A stretch of 64,000 nt of DNA. Origin: Mytilus edulis (Eukaryota). The stretch covers positions 6,696,001 to 6,760,000 of the forward strand of contig NC_092348.1 in NCBI RefSeq assembly GCF_963676685.1. The letters run 5' to 3'. Numbering within the stretch: position 1 is the first letter of the stretch; every line of letters starts with the position of its first letter. The position numbers and the translations under genes were made by a program. Positions 46,426 through 60,400 of this stretch are shown here, piece after piece. The notes under the pieces are model-generated. The model searched no databases, was not told the DNA's origin, and saw only the letters and a list, made by a program, of their open reading frames with translations.

Positions 46426-48497
46426 GATATATATATTAATATTTCCTGTGATGTATTCTCATGTTGAGGACTTCTTTTCACTTAGCATCCTTTGTTGCCA
46501 TCTGTTGTAGAAAATAGAGGATACCCGTTGGTACATCTTGAAAAAGATTGAAGCATGCTTTCAATGGTTTTTTGTTCAGTTACATTTTTATTTCTTTATG
46601 ATCATTTACACACACCATAATTTTGCATGATTTCTAGTGTTTCAATTCGTACATAAGATATCTAATTATTTATAACTTTGACTCAAAATATCATTAAATA
46701 GCATCACCAAACCTCAAAGAAGAAAATGGACATCATTCAGTATCAATTAGATAAAAAAAAATTGATGAGAGCTTGAATGAGGTTTAAGCTACAGGAAGTA
46801 ATGGCTGTTAAAACTACTTAAGAAAGAATAATTGGGTCAAGAAACTTGAAAAAAATAGACAAATGATGACCATACCCATTGATTTAAACAAAGGAGACTC
46901 TTCTTAAGGAATGAGTCATCTTGAATATGCATGAAGTATTTGCCGTTGGATGTTTGAGCAAACAAAAATCAAAGAACTGGTAGGAATTCGTATTATAATT
47001 TAAAATAATAAAATGACCAGATGTTGGAACTTAATCTGTACATTTCACACTTAATCGTCAAACTATACAGTTTGTTTAATAGCAGAATATCGATTATGCA
47101 TCCCAATGATGGTATACAAGTGATTGTCACATTTGTGAATAAATTGTGCTATTTAGTCTACTTTATAAACCCTGAAAGTTTTGGTGCTCCTTTTGGGCTC
47201 ATTTTTAGTCTTTCTTATAATTCATTTTTATGGCAGACAAAGATCTCACTGAATGGCACACAAATTAGATACATTTATAATGTTTTAGAAGATTTTTATC
47301 ATTTGGTGAGTTTCTCGTATCATTTCAAAGTAAAACATCCTATTGTATTTGAGGTGTCAGAAACAAAAGTTCACATCTACACTATGGCAAAAAACAACAC
47401 TAGAGACACCTAGAAATATAATTCAGCATTTATATTAGGTAATTTCTGTTCAAAAGACCTTTCATGCATTAATCCTCATTATTGGAGGGTAAAATTTATA
47501 TCAAAAAGTTCGAACAAAAACAGAAAAATATATAAAACCTTCTACTGGATTTTTTTTATTTTTACTGTGCATGATATTTGATTCTCTATCTGTCCCTGCT
47601 TTGTGTAAATTAAGAATATAGAGGAAATCTATAAGCTACTGCTTATTGTGAAATCGTATGGATAAGAACAAGAATACAATAAATAAGTGAGAAACAAACA
47701 AAAAAATATACATGTTCGGCAGGCAGGGTTCATAATAAACTCGTCATGGATACCAGGATTGCAATTTTATTTTTGTGTCGGATGTGCGTTCGTCTACAAA
47801 AGACTCATCATGCAGTGACACTCAATTAAAAAAAAAATTAATGAGGCCAAATACAGTACGAAGTTGAAGAGCACTGAGGACCAATAATTTTCAAAAGGTG
47901 TGCCAAATACAGCTCATCTGAAATTATTTAATTAGAACAATACTCATTCTCTTCTTGATTATTTTTTCCCTCGGATTCTGTAAAAAATCAACTATATGGC
48001 ATGATCGTTAGGTATACAACCTGATGTTATGGGGTTGTCGTTTGTGGGTGTGATTCATAAGTGTTCCTTGTTTTTTATATAGATTAGACCGCTGTTCTAT
48101 TTGTTTGAATGGTTTAATACTAGCTATTTTTGGGCCCTTTATAGCTTGCTGTTTGTTGTTACTTGCAGTAATAGTTCAACTAAGTGTGTACTGAGACTAT
48201 ATAACAGATAAAGTAGGTCCCCGATGTATACAAGTCCCATCTGCTTTTTTGACTGAGATTTTATTCCAAAAATCTACAAGATCAAGGTTTTTCCTGAAGT
48301 ATCTTATTAAACTAGCGTTTTATATCAAAGTCAATTAATCATGATATGAGTTATGGTTATAGTGTCGTCCAATCCGGAGAACAGATTGATATCCTATAGT
48401 TAGCTAGGATCGTCAACCAGGGATGTACGGAAAGATAAGTGAATGTAGTTTCCAAGCAAAAGAAGATATCGTCACATACGATATTTAATTCAAACAG

Positions 48498-48614
48498 AAA
48501 ATATATGGTGTCCTTATACACATAATGAAAGGAGTTACAATAAAAGAATATCCAAAATATATGGTGTCCATATACACATAATGAAAGGAGTTACAATAAA
48601 AGAATATCCAAAAT
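48498..48614. repeat. 56-bp tandem duplication
   Basis: atatatggtgtcc...aataaaagaatatccaaaa starting at 48501 and 48557. Confidence 0.9.
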
Positions 48615-49153
48615 AACTTGACAGAGTTCTAGTAGTGGCAATGGAATTTTTAGATATAACAATCTTATTTTCTTTTTAAAAAATGGACAGGGATTGTTGG
48701 GTGAATTAAACATTTTGTAAAGAATATGCAATTTTTATTTTACCATTTTTACCATAAACTGCCATAACCCTCCTTTGAAATCGCATTTAGTAAAAAAAGG
48801 TTTTCGTTCTCGCTACACCGAGATAGCCTATATATAGACTCAGGAATCTGCTTCATTGGTTGCGAATCACTCATAAATGCAAATTCACAAAGAATATAGT
48901 ATGACAAAACATGTCCAGAAATTATTAGTCCTTCGAGTGAAGGGGAGTAAATAAACATCTTTAAAAACCTTAGTTATTGTAACACAATACAATACCAACC
49001 AAGTAAAAAAAAACACGATTGTTGAGAGCGGAGTAGTAGCTGGTCGGTGACATTCCAAAATACAATTCTAAAATAAGATATTGACCAAGCCTTGCTCTGT
49101 TTCCTAAGTAACATTTTTTTAAATTATGAAGAATGTTTTCTTTATTGTTTCAG

Positions 49154-50434
49154 ACTAAAGCTAAAGAATTTGAGGCCAATCTGACCAGTTCAAATTATTA
49201 TTTTTCCGACAGTGTACCATTTGCACATGACCCACCAGGGCATAACTGTGGATTGCCATGTTGCAATCGTGACCTGCACATTCATTTGAAATTATCAGGA
49301 GTTCAAGGATGCATGTCATTGTTGCCATTTCAGCCAAAACCGGATAAGCAAGAAAATTTTTCATTTCACCAAAAAAGAGGTGGACTAATTTCTGGTCGAC
49401 CAACATTTTCCAAGAAATTTAGTTCATTACAACCGGAGAGAAAGAGTCAAAGACGCAAACCTTTACCAGGATTTGGTAGTTTACGCCAGTCAGATGTACC
49501 TTCTAAACAGCTGTACGAGCTTTCTGGAAAACAACACCATTACCTAAAAGAAAGAGGCATTACACTTCCCAGAATGCACATTGGCGAAACGTCAACTGAC
49601 ACTGGTCGTATCTGGCAGGACGACATAGAAGACAGCAGTGAATCGTCTGATTCTGAAACAGATTATTATACAATCTGGGAATGCAACGGAATGGATTCAG
49701 AAATTCTGATGAAATCCCCTAGTGCCTTGAAGAATACGGAAAAGATTTACCCCTGGACCCTTTTGGAACATATGGAAAAACAACCAGACATCGAAAAAAC
49801 AAATGTCACTCAAAACCAAAACGTGCCTAAAAACTTCAAGTATGGTAGCTTGCCCATGTGTTACAAAACCCAGACCGAATCAGGAACTCCAACGAAAGTC
49901 CAGAAGCCTGTAAAACAGAGCGAAACAAAGGTTTTTACTCTTAATTTTGACAGAAAGCGTTTAACTTCTAACGATAAGAGACATACCCTCGAGCGAACCA
50001 GCGTAATGCCTTCCAACAACGCCGACCCTAGAAATGAGGTGAGATTTTCTGGAGAACAACCAAAGACCAAGTCGTCTACCTTGCCTAGGTCGTCAGTTAG
50101 AATTCGACCAATTCTAAAGAAAAGAATAGAAAACATATACACAGATCTGATAACAAGCCAAATCCTGTCTAGAAGTAACCCGTCAGCACCACCAGAGGAG
50201 ACCGAGGATGATCATAATTACGAGCAAATACGTGACGAGGATATGATACAGAGTTGGAGAGCACAGAAAAGACCAGTTTTCATGACAATCGGGAAGAAAT
50301 TACCAGGAAGAGAAAAGGGAAATAAGTTTCATTCCTATGAAAATACGTGTTTTAAACCAGATGAAGCTCCAAAAAACAAAACAAAAGATTTTAAGGCGGT
50401 ATCTGATGATATTCCTATAACATTAATATTGTAG
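49154..50434 (+). CDS. Uncharacterised, largely disordered, Tyr-motif-rich protein or terminal exon (426 aa from the acceptor)
   Basis: 1.3-kb stop-free frame in AT-rich DNA with elevated GC and a strong acceptor ttttctttattgtttcag| (phase 0); no recognisable domain. Confidence 0.7.
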   Translation, partial: TKAKEFEANLTSSNYYFSDSVPFAHDPPGHNCGLPCCNRDLHIHLKLSGVQGCMSLLPFQPKPDKQENFSFHQKRGGLISGRPTFSKKFSSLQPERKSQRRKPLPGFGSLRQSDVPSKQLYELSGKQHHYLKERGITLPRMHIGETSTDTGRIWQDDIEDSSESSDSETDYYTIWECNGMDSEILMKSPSALKNTEKIYPWTLLEHMEKQPDIEKTNVTQNQNVPKNFKYGSLPMCYKTQTESGTPTKVQKPVKQSETKVFTLNFDRKRLTSNDKRHTLERTSVMPSNNADPRNEVRFSGEQPKTKSSTLPRSSVRIRPILKKRIENIYTDLITSQILSRSNPSAPPEETEDDHNYEQIRDEDMIQSWRAQKRPVFMTIGKKLPGREKGNKFHSYENTCFKPDEAPKNKTKDFKAVSDDIPITLIL

Positions 50435-50520
50435 TTTGTGTTTTTGTTTTCATTCGTTTTTAAAATTTGGCATTAAATATATAATTTCTGATACATTTTG
50501 ATAATTAAGTATAGAAAATT

Positions 50521-50974
50521 AACAAGAATGTGTCCACAGACCACGGATGCCCCACTCGCACTATCATTTTCTATGTTTAGTGGACCGTGAAATTGGGGTA
50601 AAAACTTTTTAATTTGGCATTTAAATTAGAAAGATCATATCAAAGGGAACATTTATGCTAAGTTTCAAGTGAATTGGACTTCAACTTCATCAAAAACTAC
50701 ATTGAACTTTAACCTGAAATTTGCACTATCATTTTCTATGTTCAGTGAATCGTGAAATTGGGGTCAAAGCACTAATTTGGCATTAAAATTAGAAAGATCA
50801 TATCATAGGGTACATGTGTACTGAGTTTCAATTTGATTGGACTTCAACTTCATCAAAAACTACCTTGACCTAAAACTTTAACCTGAAGCGGGACGAACGG
50901 ACGGAAGGATGAACGAACAGACGCACAGACCAGAAAACATAATGTCCCTCTACTATCGTAAAAGGGCATAAAAA
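50521..50974 (-). mobile_element. HINE/DINE-1-like non-autonomous Helentron-type element with 2 core repeats
   Basis: AACAAG...ATAAAAA ends, subterminal ATGCCC/GGGCAT inverted motif, GGAC/GAAC microsatellite, 165-bp internal duplication (50558/50723); a second copy lies at 54598. Confidence 0.7.
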
Positions 50975-52712
50975 TTGATAGAATATAGTTTGTAAGTACT
51001 CCGTCTTCATACTTGTTTTCATCATACCAGTTAACATCAAAGAATTTGAATGGAGTTTTAATTAAAATAATTTCTTGTTCGGGGTTTGTCCTTTATGGTT
51101 ATATCAGCTCTTTAATGTTTGGTATTTCAAATAGCATGGCCTCGCTCATCACTGAATGTCCACATTATATAGAAGAAAAAGTAAAACACACATATCGAAC
51201 TCAAATTTAAAAAGGGGATCGTATATGAAACCTGAAAAAAGTCATACGTGAGACTATCAACCAACAGAACGAATGGGAAACCGACTTTCATATTCCTGCC
51301 GGAGTATATTCATTTTTCCGAAAGAATAAAAGAAGACAACATACTAATCCAAATCATATAATCGAAATTCATTTGAAAATGAATTGAGACAAAATTGTGC
51401 ACACTTATCAATATAATTGTTTGTTAATGAAAGCTTACAAACATAAAGCGTTGAAGAAGACAGCACAACATTAGTATGTATATATATATATATATTCTTT
51501 ACTTACATTAATTTGAAACAATGCAAAAAGTGTGTATACATAAGCTTCATGAGGTCTAGGATATAACGCAATGCATGCTCATGTGATACTAATGTCGTGC
51601 TACATAAGGAGACGATTTGTTGAATTTGTGTGCAGTTGGTGAGAGGAAAATATTTTGTTTTTGTTGCATTATCATTTTTATTGGTTATTTCAATGAACAA
51701 TATTTTGTAAAGCATACAAAAATAAGATTTGGCTTTATTTACTCTGAGGCCACAATCCACATGAGTACAAATAACTCGGGTGATATCAATTATTATAGGT
51801 AAGGTCTATGTTTTGGGCAACATCAAGGTAATACATAAATTGGTGGTAGAGGGTATTCATTAGTGAACTAATAACATTTATTCACCTACAATCATAACAA
51901 TAACAAGCGACTGTGTTTTTCCGAACATTTATGGTATGAGGAAAGTAAAATAATAATTGAAAAAATGAGTAATTGTTCAAGAAATGTAACTGATCATAAC
52001 GATGAGAAGACTTAATATCCACAGCAACATCCTTTACCTGCATTTTCAAAGAGATATATTTATGTATCTTCATTCAATCCTCTTTTTTATTTGGTATGTT
52101 TGCGTTTCATATCTACAAGGTTTTAAAACTTGGAATCTGCAGACAAATAAGTGAACATTTTAATATCCCTGTTCTAGTTTTTGTCGCCCAAGATTATGAT
52201 CTATGACAAACTCGTCGCTTTCAGCTGACATATGATATTTAACTATGAAATACCAGCCGCATAAGAGTATGAAGCATATGCATGGCAGTTTTCTGTAATA
52301 GCAAGTTGGTTCTATTTTAATAAAAAGACATCACCCACAGAGATAATATTCAACTAAAATAAATACAGCATCATGACTCGAAAGTAGAACTTGAATCTAG
52401 CTACTACAAACAAATTTTTTTTTTCAATAGCAAATTCCAAAACAGGAAACAAGATAATTATCCTATTTCCCCGGATAATTTTTGCTAAATTTTACTTAAG
52501 TCTAGATCTGTAGTTTTTGATTCAATGGCAAGATAATGCTAAAAAACGTCTTAATTTAACAATGCAGTGGTATTAACATTATAAGAAGTGTCCGATTTTT
52601 CGAAACATTTTAGGCTAAATAGAAATTGGTGAGATGATAATTTTTACAATTTCATTTTTTTTTCTTATTGCCATAGTTTTAGAAAATAAGCATAAACTGT
52701 AGTTCCACCACC

Positions 52713-53680
52713 ACGACCATTGCTGGTTGATCAACTTGATGAAAAATTCAAACATTATAGTTGACGACCATTGCTGGTTGGTAAACTTTATGAAAAACAC
52801 AAACTTTATAGCTGACGACCATTGCTTGTTGATCGACTTGATGAAAATCACACACTTTATAGTTGACGACCATTGCTTGTTGATCAACTTGATGAAAAAC
52901 ACAAAACTTACAGTTGACAACCATTGTTGGTGGATGAACTTGATGAAAACCACACATATTTGTTGTTGACGATCATTGCTGGTTGATTAACATAATCAAA
53001 ATCACACTGTATAGTTGAAGACCGCTGCTGGTTGATCAACTTGATGAAAAACACAAACTATATATAGTTGACGACCATTGATGGTTGATCAACTTTATGA
53101 AAAACACAAAATGTATAGTTGACGACATTGCTGGTTGACAACCATTGATGGTTGATCAACTACATGAAAAACACAAAATGTATAGTTGACGACCATTGCT
53201 GGTTGATAAACTTTATGAAAAACACAAACTTTATAGCTGACGACCATTGCTTGTTGATCGACTTGATGAAAATCACACACTTTATAGTTGACGACCATTG
53301 CTTGTTGATCAACTTGATGAAAAACACAAAATTTATAGTTGACAACCATTGTTGGTGAATGAACTTGATGAAAACCACACACTTTTTAGTTGACGATCAT
53401 TGCTGGTTGATCAACATAATCAAAATCACACTGTATAGTTGAAGACCGCTGCTGGTTGATCAACTTGATGAAAAACACAAACTTTATAGTTGACGACCAT
53501 TGATGGTTGATCAACTACATGAAAAACACAAAATGTATAGTTGACAATATTGCTGGTTGACAACCATTGATGGTTGATCAACTACATGAAAAACACAAAA
53601 TGTATAGTTGACAACATCGCGGGTTGACAACTTGATGAAAAACACAAACTATATTGTTGAAAACTTTGCTGGTTGGTCGA
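52713..53680. repeat. 51-bp satellite array (~19 units) with 425-bp higher-order duplication
   Basis: gttgacgaccattgctggttgatcaacttgatgaaaaacacaaactttata repeated; the same variant series recurs at 52792 and 53217. Confidence 0.95.
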
Positions 53681-54167
53681 CATCGTATCGATGAAACAGA
53701 AATCCAGAGCTTTTTATGAGGAGATTTTTAAGAAAAAGTGTATAGATGACGGTCGCAAAGTAATGGCAAAAACTCACTTATTACCCTTTGTGCCAAGTGA
53801 GTTAAACAAATAAGTTTAAAATTACAAAGTTCTTCAGAAAAAGAATAGATATTGTTGCTGTTAACATATATACTATAACCCTGAGATAAATTAGAAAATT
53901 GTGCCTATAATTCTCATTAAACAGTTTGAAAAGTAATCGTAAACATTATACTTTCTTCTAAAATATAGAAAAAATCCAAGATATGTATCGTTGTGAAAAT
54001 GGGCTGCTCTCTCATTGGCGTATATACGTCATACATGTATTGAAAGTTTTTGTTTTCAATGCAAGCTTGAAAACATTTAGACATTTATTGCTTAAAGATT
54101 CATTTGAATACTGCACACGTAAATTTTTAATCTCATCTTTGTTCTCATGGCATTGAAACACTATTCT

Positions 54168-54435
54168 TTATAACACTTTTGGTCTATCTTGAAAGTATTG
54201 GCGCTGAAGTTCTAATGCCTTCTTGTAAATTACCAAGTCCATGCCGTCTATACAACGTACTAACCGTGCATTCAATATAGTTTCTCCACCGGAATGCGAT
54301 AGTTCTCCTATTAACTGAAACAGAGACCCTGCTTCCTCTAAAGGTTCTATGAGAGATGTGTTAACCTTCAAAGAACATCCGGTCTTCGGGTCTGCAAGGA
54401 AAGCCCGACAGTTTTGAAAGTCGTGTTGAAGTAAC
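54168..54435 (-). CDS. TEN1: TEN1 exon 2
   Basis: Acceptor ttattgcag|G; ends in TAA; AATAAA on the - strand at 54084-54089. Confidence 0.92.
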
Positions 54436-57400
54436 CTGCAATAATTAAAAAACACAGATAGTAATATAAAATCAAAGAGCTGATAGCTCTGAAGTGGAAG
54501 AAGGTGAATAAAAGGTAACTTGAATTACCATAAAAGCAGCCCCACTTACCCAGGCTGCTTTGTTCCATTATCTTTAAAATGTATTTTTTTTTCTTCAAAC
54601 AAGAAAAGGTCATAAGTACATGGATTTCCCGTCCGTACAATCATTTTCTATGTTCAGTTGACTATGAAAATTAGGTAAAATCTTTAATTTGGCAGTAATT
54701 AAGAAGATCATATCAAGAGGAACACATGTGTACTAAGTTTCAAGTTGATTGGATTTCAACTTCATCAAAAACTACCTCGACCATAAACTTTATAACCAGA
54801 AGCAGGACGGACGGACAGACTAGAAAACATATTGCCCATAAATGGAGCATAAAAATAGCAAGACTTGTTACATACCTGCCAACTTTTGAAAGTTCCCATA
54901 TGGGTTTTTACTGCACAACAACAATTTTAAAGGTTACAATTTTTAGCGACGTATTTTGCAAGATCTGGATGGTCTAGAAAAAGTGTCATATTTGTATGAT
55001 GAACTTACATGCCTTTTCCTTAAGTCTGGTTGCATGATTCTAGTTATATATTAAATCGGTAGAAAAAATATACATGAAGCTAGCAGACCAGGGTTTATTT
55101 TCCAAATTAAGAATATTAGATGCTTGTTGAAATTTCCAATTTTGAATTATGCAGATGGACCTTTAACAGGTTGGGAACAACACTCCAAATGAGGGTAACC
55201 TAACTGGAAGATCATCACAACCCAATGTAAAAAATGAGCACAAAAAAAGTCATTTATATTCATATTATTTGATGAAACTTTTCCCCAAGAACTATGCATC
55301 TATTAAGTACTGAATGGTCAAAACATCATGTTTTTTTATCGACATAAATTTTGTCGTAAATGTAACCAAATGATGTAGAAATTGTGTTTTTTCTTCAAAT
55401 TTCCATCAAATTGTAATGTTTATAGTTCCCTTATTGCCTCTCTATAAAATAATAAGAAGAATCTGTTTCTTGTTTTGTTTTGTTTTGTTTTGTTTTTGAC
55501 AAATGATTGTTCACTGCTTGCAAATGAATCATTATATTTATATATCTTATCTGTATATATTTTTGTTCATGTCTCCATCTCCTTATCATTTGTAAAAGTA
55601 TAGACAAATAAGAAAGAAATAAGCTCCACATGTATATTTGCAATATCGTAAATTAATTGAAAAAAATAACATACACTAACACTAGTACTGCATGGATTTT
55701 AAGCATTATGAAAGTCATATTTGTAGAAAGCTTATTAAAAACTTAAAAACAGTGTAAAATGTCTTGCTATTTCTTAGCTTACACAATAAAATCTAATATG
55801 TACTAGCATTTACAAATATAAATTTCAACATTTTACTAGGAATTAATCTAACTACTAGACCTTTTATTAGTCTTTTTTTAGACCTTTTATTAGTCTAGTT
55901 GCACATATTGTATGTTAACTTCTGATCATATTTAAACAAATTTATCATATAAACTTCAATTTAATCCTTGAAAGGAGGTCTAGATTGCTAAAATAATTTA
56001 TAAATTTTAATTTTTTTATTTGTCCAAAATCATTTAAATTCATTTAATCAACATCCTTTTATGATTATTTGATTAAAATATTAATCATTTATAGTCTTTT
56101 TACAATTTACATTTTTAAAAGCAAAATAACTGAAAACAGGATAAAACAAAGGGAAGTAACAAAAAAGTATTTCAATATTCCCAATACACATCGTTTTGAT
56201 AACACAACGGCAGTTAGCCGGAGGTAAACATCGTTGATTACCAGTATGTTTGACACCCAAGCTGTCAAGTGAAGCCATATAATTATACATCTTCTTTGAT
56301 GTTCAGGTAAAATTTAACACAGGTGTCAATTACACCCGTACAGTAGTAAGAAATGATCAAATATGGCGTCTGAAAAAATTCATAGACGGGAGTTTTTTCT
56401 CCTTAACGGGAGGTTCACATGTATGTTACGAAGGGCATCTAATTCACATGACAAAGGAAAACCATGAATAAAGACAACACTTTATATATCCTTTTATTTA
56501 TATAAAAACAAAATCTTCTTGTATGCAGGATTGCAAATTCGTAACTTCAAGGGCGAACTTCTAAACAGGGCGAGTTGTCCCGATACCAAATTCACGCATG
56601 CGTAATACAAATATCTACAGTTAAAACATCCTGTTACAAGTAAACAAATAACGTTCATGTGGAAGAGATGAAATCTAATAATTTACATAAATAAAAGGGT
56701 CATATTCACGATAGTGATTGTTTTACAATCATAATTTACAAATTAAATGATTCAGATGCCTAATCATGTGTAAAAATCGGTGTCAGGAATCTAAGTTGTT
56801 TTGAAATTGTAATACACGAAATGAATGCGGCATACGGAGACTCAATGCAAATGGTCGGCCCCTTAAGTCTTCAGAAGACTTGACGTCTTCTTCCACTAAA
56901 AAATAGTCGAATAGTGTCCTTTTATTTATTTCGTTCTTCCTCGGTTAGTTAAAACAGTTTGTATTAATGGAAACAATACAACAATAAAGTATTACAATGT
57001 TACATGAAATTTAAATATGAGGTTCGGAAACAGCTAGGTTTGAAAGAACTTACATAAATCCGTTTCCCCTTATCAGTTAATTAGTGGAACAACTTATGTT
57101 GTCTTTGATGATACAACTTTGCAACATGACTTAGACAACGGATATAACTGTGTTTGCATGCAGTTCATCGGATTTAATTTTTAAAAAACTTTATCATGCA
57201 GGTGCACTCAAGATTAAATAAAATTAGTTAAGCATATTTATTTATAGGGGATTGGGAAACAAGTTTTGCAACTTATATTAATCCCTTTCCACTTTGCGGG
57301 TGTGAGCGCTGCCTTGTATAGCGACATTAGCCTGCTCTTTTTTGAAATTTACAAGGGTGTCTTTTACGTGCAAGAGATATGGCTCTCTCTTAACACGCGT

Positions 57401-60400
57401 GCGGGTCAGTCATTTATCGTCCCCTTCCGACGGACTATCATCGTTTCCTCAAGACCATACTCGCAAATAGTGTCAAGGAAGAGCCGAAAATTCAGTCCCC
57501 GAAATCTTAACGGAACGGGAATCGAACCAGGAACCTTTGTGTTAGTAGTCCGATGCACTAACCACTACACCACGGCTCTCATTAATAAATTTAAATAAAA
57601 TTGAGAATGGAAACGGGGAATATGTCAGAGACAACCACCCGATTACTTGTGGAAAGATTATGTCCAATCATATTGAACATATATATCGTGATGATGGTGA
57701 ACAATAATAACTTGCTATGGCACAAAAGGAGTGATTAACAAGAACACTATTTCAGTGCAAGTACTCATTTAATATTTCCCCACATGGTTTCGGTCTTATT
57801 TGCTTTTGCATATACTATAAACCAGGCTTAATCCACCATTTTTTACATTTGAAAATGCCTGTACCAAGTCAGGAATATGACAGTTCTTGTCCATTCGTTT
57901 TTGATGTGTTTTGTTATTTGATTTTGCCATGTGATTATGGACTTTCCGATTAGATTTTTCTCTAAGTTCAGTATTTTTGTGATTTTACTTATGTCTTTAC
58001 ACTGCAGATCAATAGTTCGATATAATTGGACAAAAACATGACCATATAAGGACTAATACTCCATAAGGAGTCATCAAATGGTTTCAAACTTTCAGTAATA
58101 TAGCATGTGTACAGGTCTTGTATTGCACGTCGTATTTCTATGTCTATCTATCATAGTATTCAGGATATTTGGCAAAACCAGAAATGAAAATTCATAAACG
58201 TATGGCAATAATTCCTTTAGGCGTCATATAATAATTATGGTAAAAATAAGAAAGTATGTGAATCTTAATACTGATAGAATGTTAACCCCATATCCGACAT
58301 CTATCTGTTATGATTTTCAAGATAAAAGACAAATAATGCATTTAACCATGATATTCCTTCTTCAATTTATTTTGCTATGGTGGCAATGGTTATTGTCCGA
58401 TCGTATAAAAATACAGTTTATACTAGATCCCATAATATGAAACGTCCAAATTTTGATTGAAACTCTTTCAGAAAGACCATTAAAAATCAGTGAATCAGCA
58501 TCAAATTGCTTCGATTTTTCTTGGTTTTTTTTTGTAGATATTGACGCCACGAAAGTTAAAGCAATAGCTCACATGGTCTTAATGTCAGATGAGCTAAAAC
58601 AAATGATTTACGGTGTTCTGAGTAGAATACAGCAAACTGAACGATTAAACAGTAAAAGATGCGTATCCTTGCATTATGAGGAGAAAGTTTTAGAAGAGGG
58701 TTTCCCAATCATGTTTCATCATTCTTATAATTTGAGAAATCTTGGTCGGCATTGCTGTGCCTGAGGAGAAATATATGAGGAAGGTGTCCATGGGTCTCAT
58801 ATATGATGCTCCCGCTTGAATATACTATTATAAAAGGACATAACTCAAGAGCGGTAAAAGTGACGCTACCAAAATTTACAGTTGATCTGAGCGATAATGT
58901 AACAAGCATTGTGCATAAGTTTCGCAACATTTGGTTGAGGCCAACTTAAGTAAGAAAACAGAAACGAAAAATTCAACAATTTTTCCAGTTGTAAAGGGGC
59001 TTAACACTGGAACGGTAAAAGTGACACTACCGAAATTTCAGATTGATCTGTGATTTGAGGTAATAAGCATTGAATATATGATTCATAACGTTTGGTTGAA
59101 GCAAACAAGAGTTAGAGAACAGAGACAAAAAAATCGGTATTTTTCCATTTGAAGTAGGACATTACTGTAAGACTAGAACGGTAAAGGTGACACCACCAAA
59201 ATTCAAACATACCATGTTTTGTGGTAAGTAGCATGGTGTATTAATTTCATAACATTTGGTATAGGCAAACTAAAGTTACAGAACGGAAACTAATTTTAGA
59301 CACACGGACAATGTCCCCAGTCGTACAATTTAAAAACTGAGCAAATCCGATAAGAATGAACGAAGATAAATTTGTTTACACTTTTCCAAACATGCTGCAA
59401 AGTTGTGTTGAACTGGTCTTCTTTAAATACATAGTCAACTCTTCTTGAGTGTAAAATTACTCTTGTTCGTTCAATCATGAGCCCTTCCTCCTCCATTCTC
59501 AAATTCAGAAGTAGTTATTTACAATATTTATATAGAAATTAAAACTATATATATACGTCTGGGATCTATGGAGTTCTAAATGTGTGAAGCTCCTGTCAAG
59601 GCTCCGGGCAGGATGGCCCTGTACTCTTTAAGTGTAGCTGATATTGTTTTTATTCCTTAATTGATCTTGGAAAGAATGAGTATCTGTACTGGTCTTTTAG
59701 AATACGCTCTTGGTGTATGTGTTGACCTCACCATTTCCTGGTCCATGAATCACTAGGTTTGTAATATTTTTAGATAGGTAAATGTCTACCAATCTGTGTT
59801 TGGATCTTATAGACCATGGTGAAGCGGTCTTTGGAGCGTCTATCTTTAATGAGATTCCATTTAAGTCTCTCCATTAGAGAGCTGACACAACCCGGAGATA
59901 CTATTAGTTATATTGGTGTAATCAGGATAACGAATTTATTTCTTATGAACAATTCCTTTACTCATTTTGAAACCAGGATGTAAAATTGTAAAAATGGTAA
60001 TGAAAAATTTCCAGCGTAATATTTTTACAATGTTCATGTTGCTGCACATGGTCTTTATTTTTTGGAAAATTCAGAAAAATTTTGTGTTCTAATTGAGTTT
60101 ACAAAAAAAAACCACAAAAANNNNNNNNNNNNNNNNNNNNNNNNNNNNNNNNNNNNNNNNNNNNNNNNNNNNNNNNNNNNNNNNNNNNNNNNNNNNNNNN
60201 NNNNNNNNNNNNNNNNNNNNNNNNNNNNNNNNNNNNNNNNNNNNNNNNNNNNNNNNNNNNNNNNNNNNNNNNNNNNNNNNNNNNNNNNNNNNNTTTTTTT
60301 AGTTTTGGCAAGTTTATTTATCATCGGGTGAACAAGGGTGGGTTGTTATTTACACCGGGTAGTATTTTTGCTGCATAAGAAATAAATTTTGATATTCATT

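Noticed and set aside
47021-47413. 130-aa ORF as the upstream exon of the 49-kb ORF
   Set aside because: AT-rich F/I/L/Y-biased composition typical of non-coding DNA, ends in its own stop, and no convincing donor was identified.
52713-53680. CRISPR-like regular array and the 17-aa-repeat ORFs over it
   Set aside because: No unique spacers, no cas genes, eukaryotic context; the ORFs arise because the 51-bp unit is a multiple of 3.
57505-57580. tRNA gene
   Set aside because: A and B boxes are present, but the anticodon and acceptor stems do not pair and a SINE body follows; the same applies to 60630-60713.
60055-60331. ORFs spanning the N run
   Set aside because: Assembly-gap artefacts.
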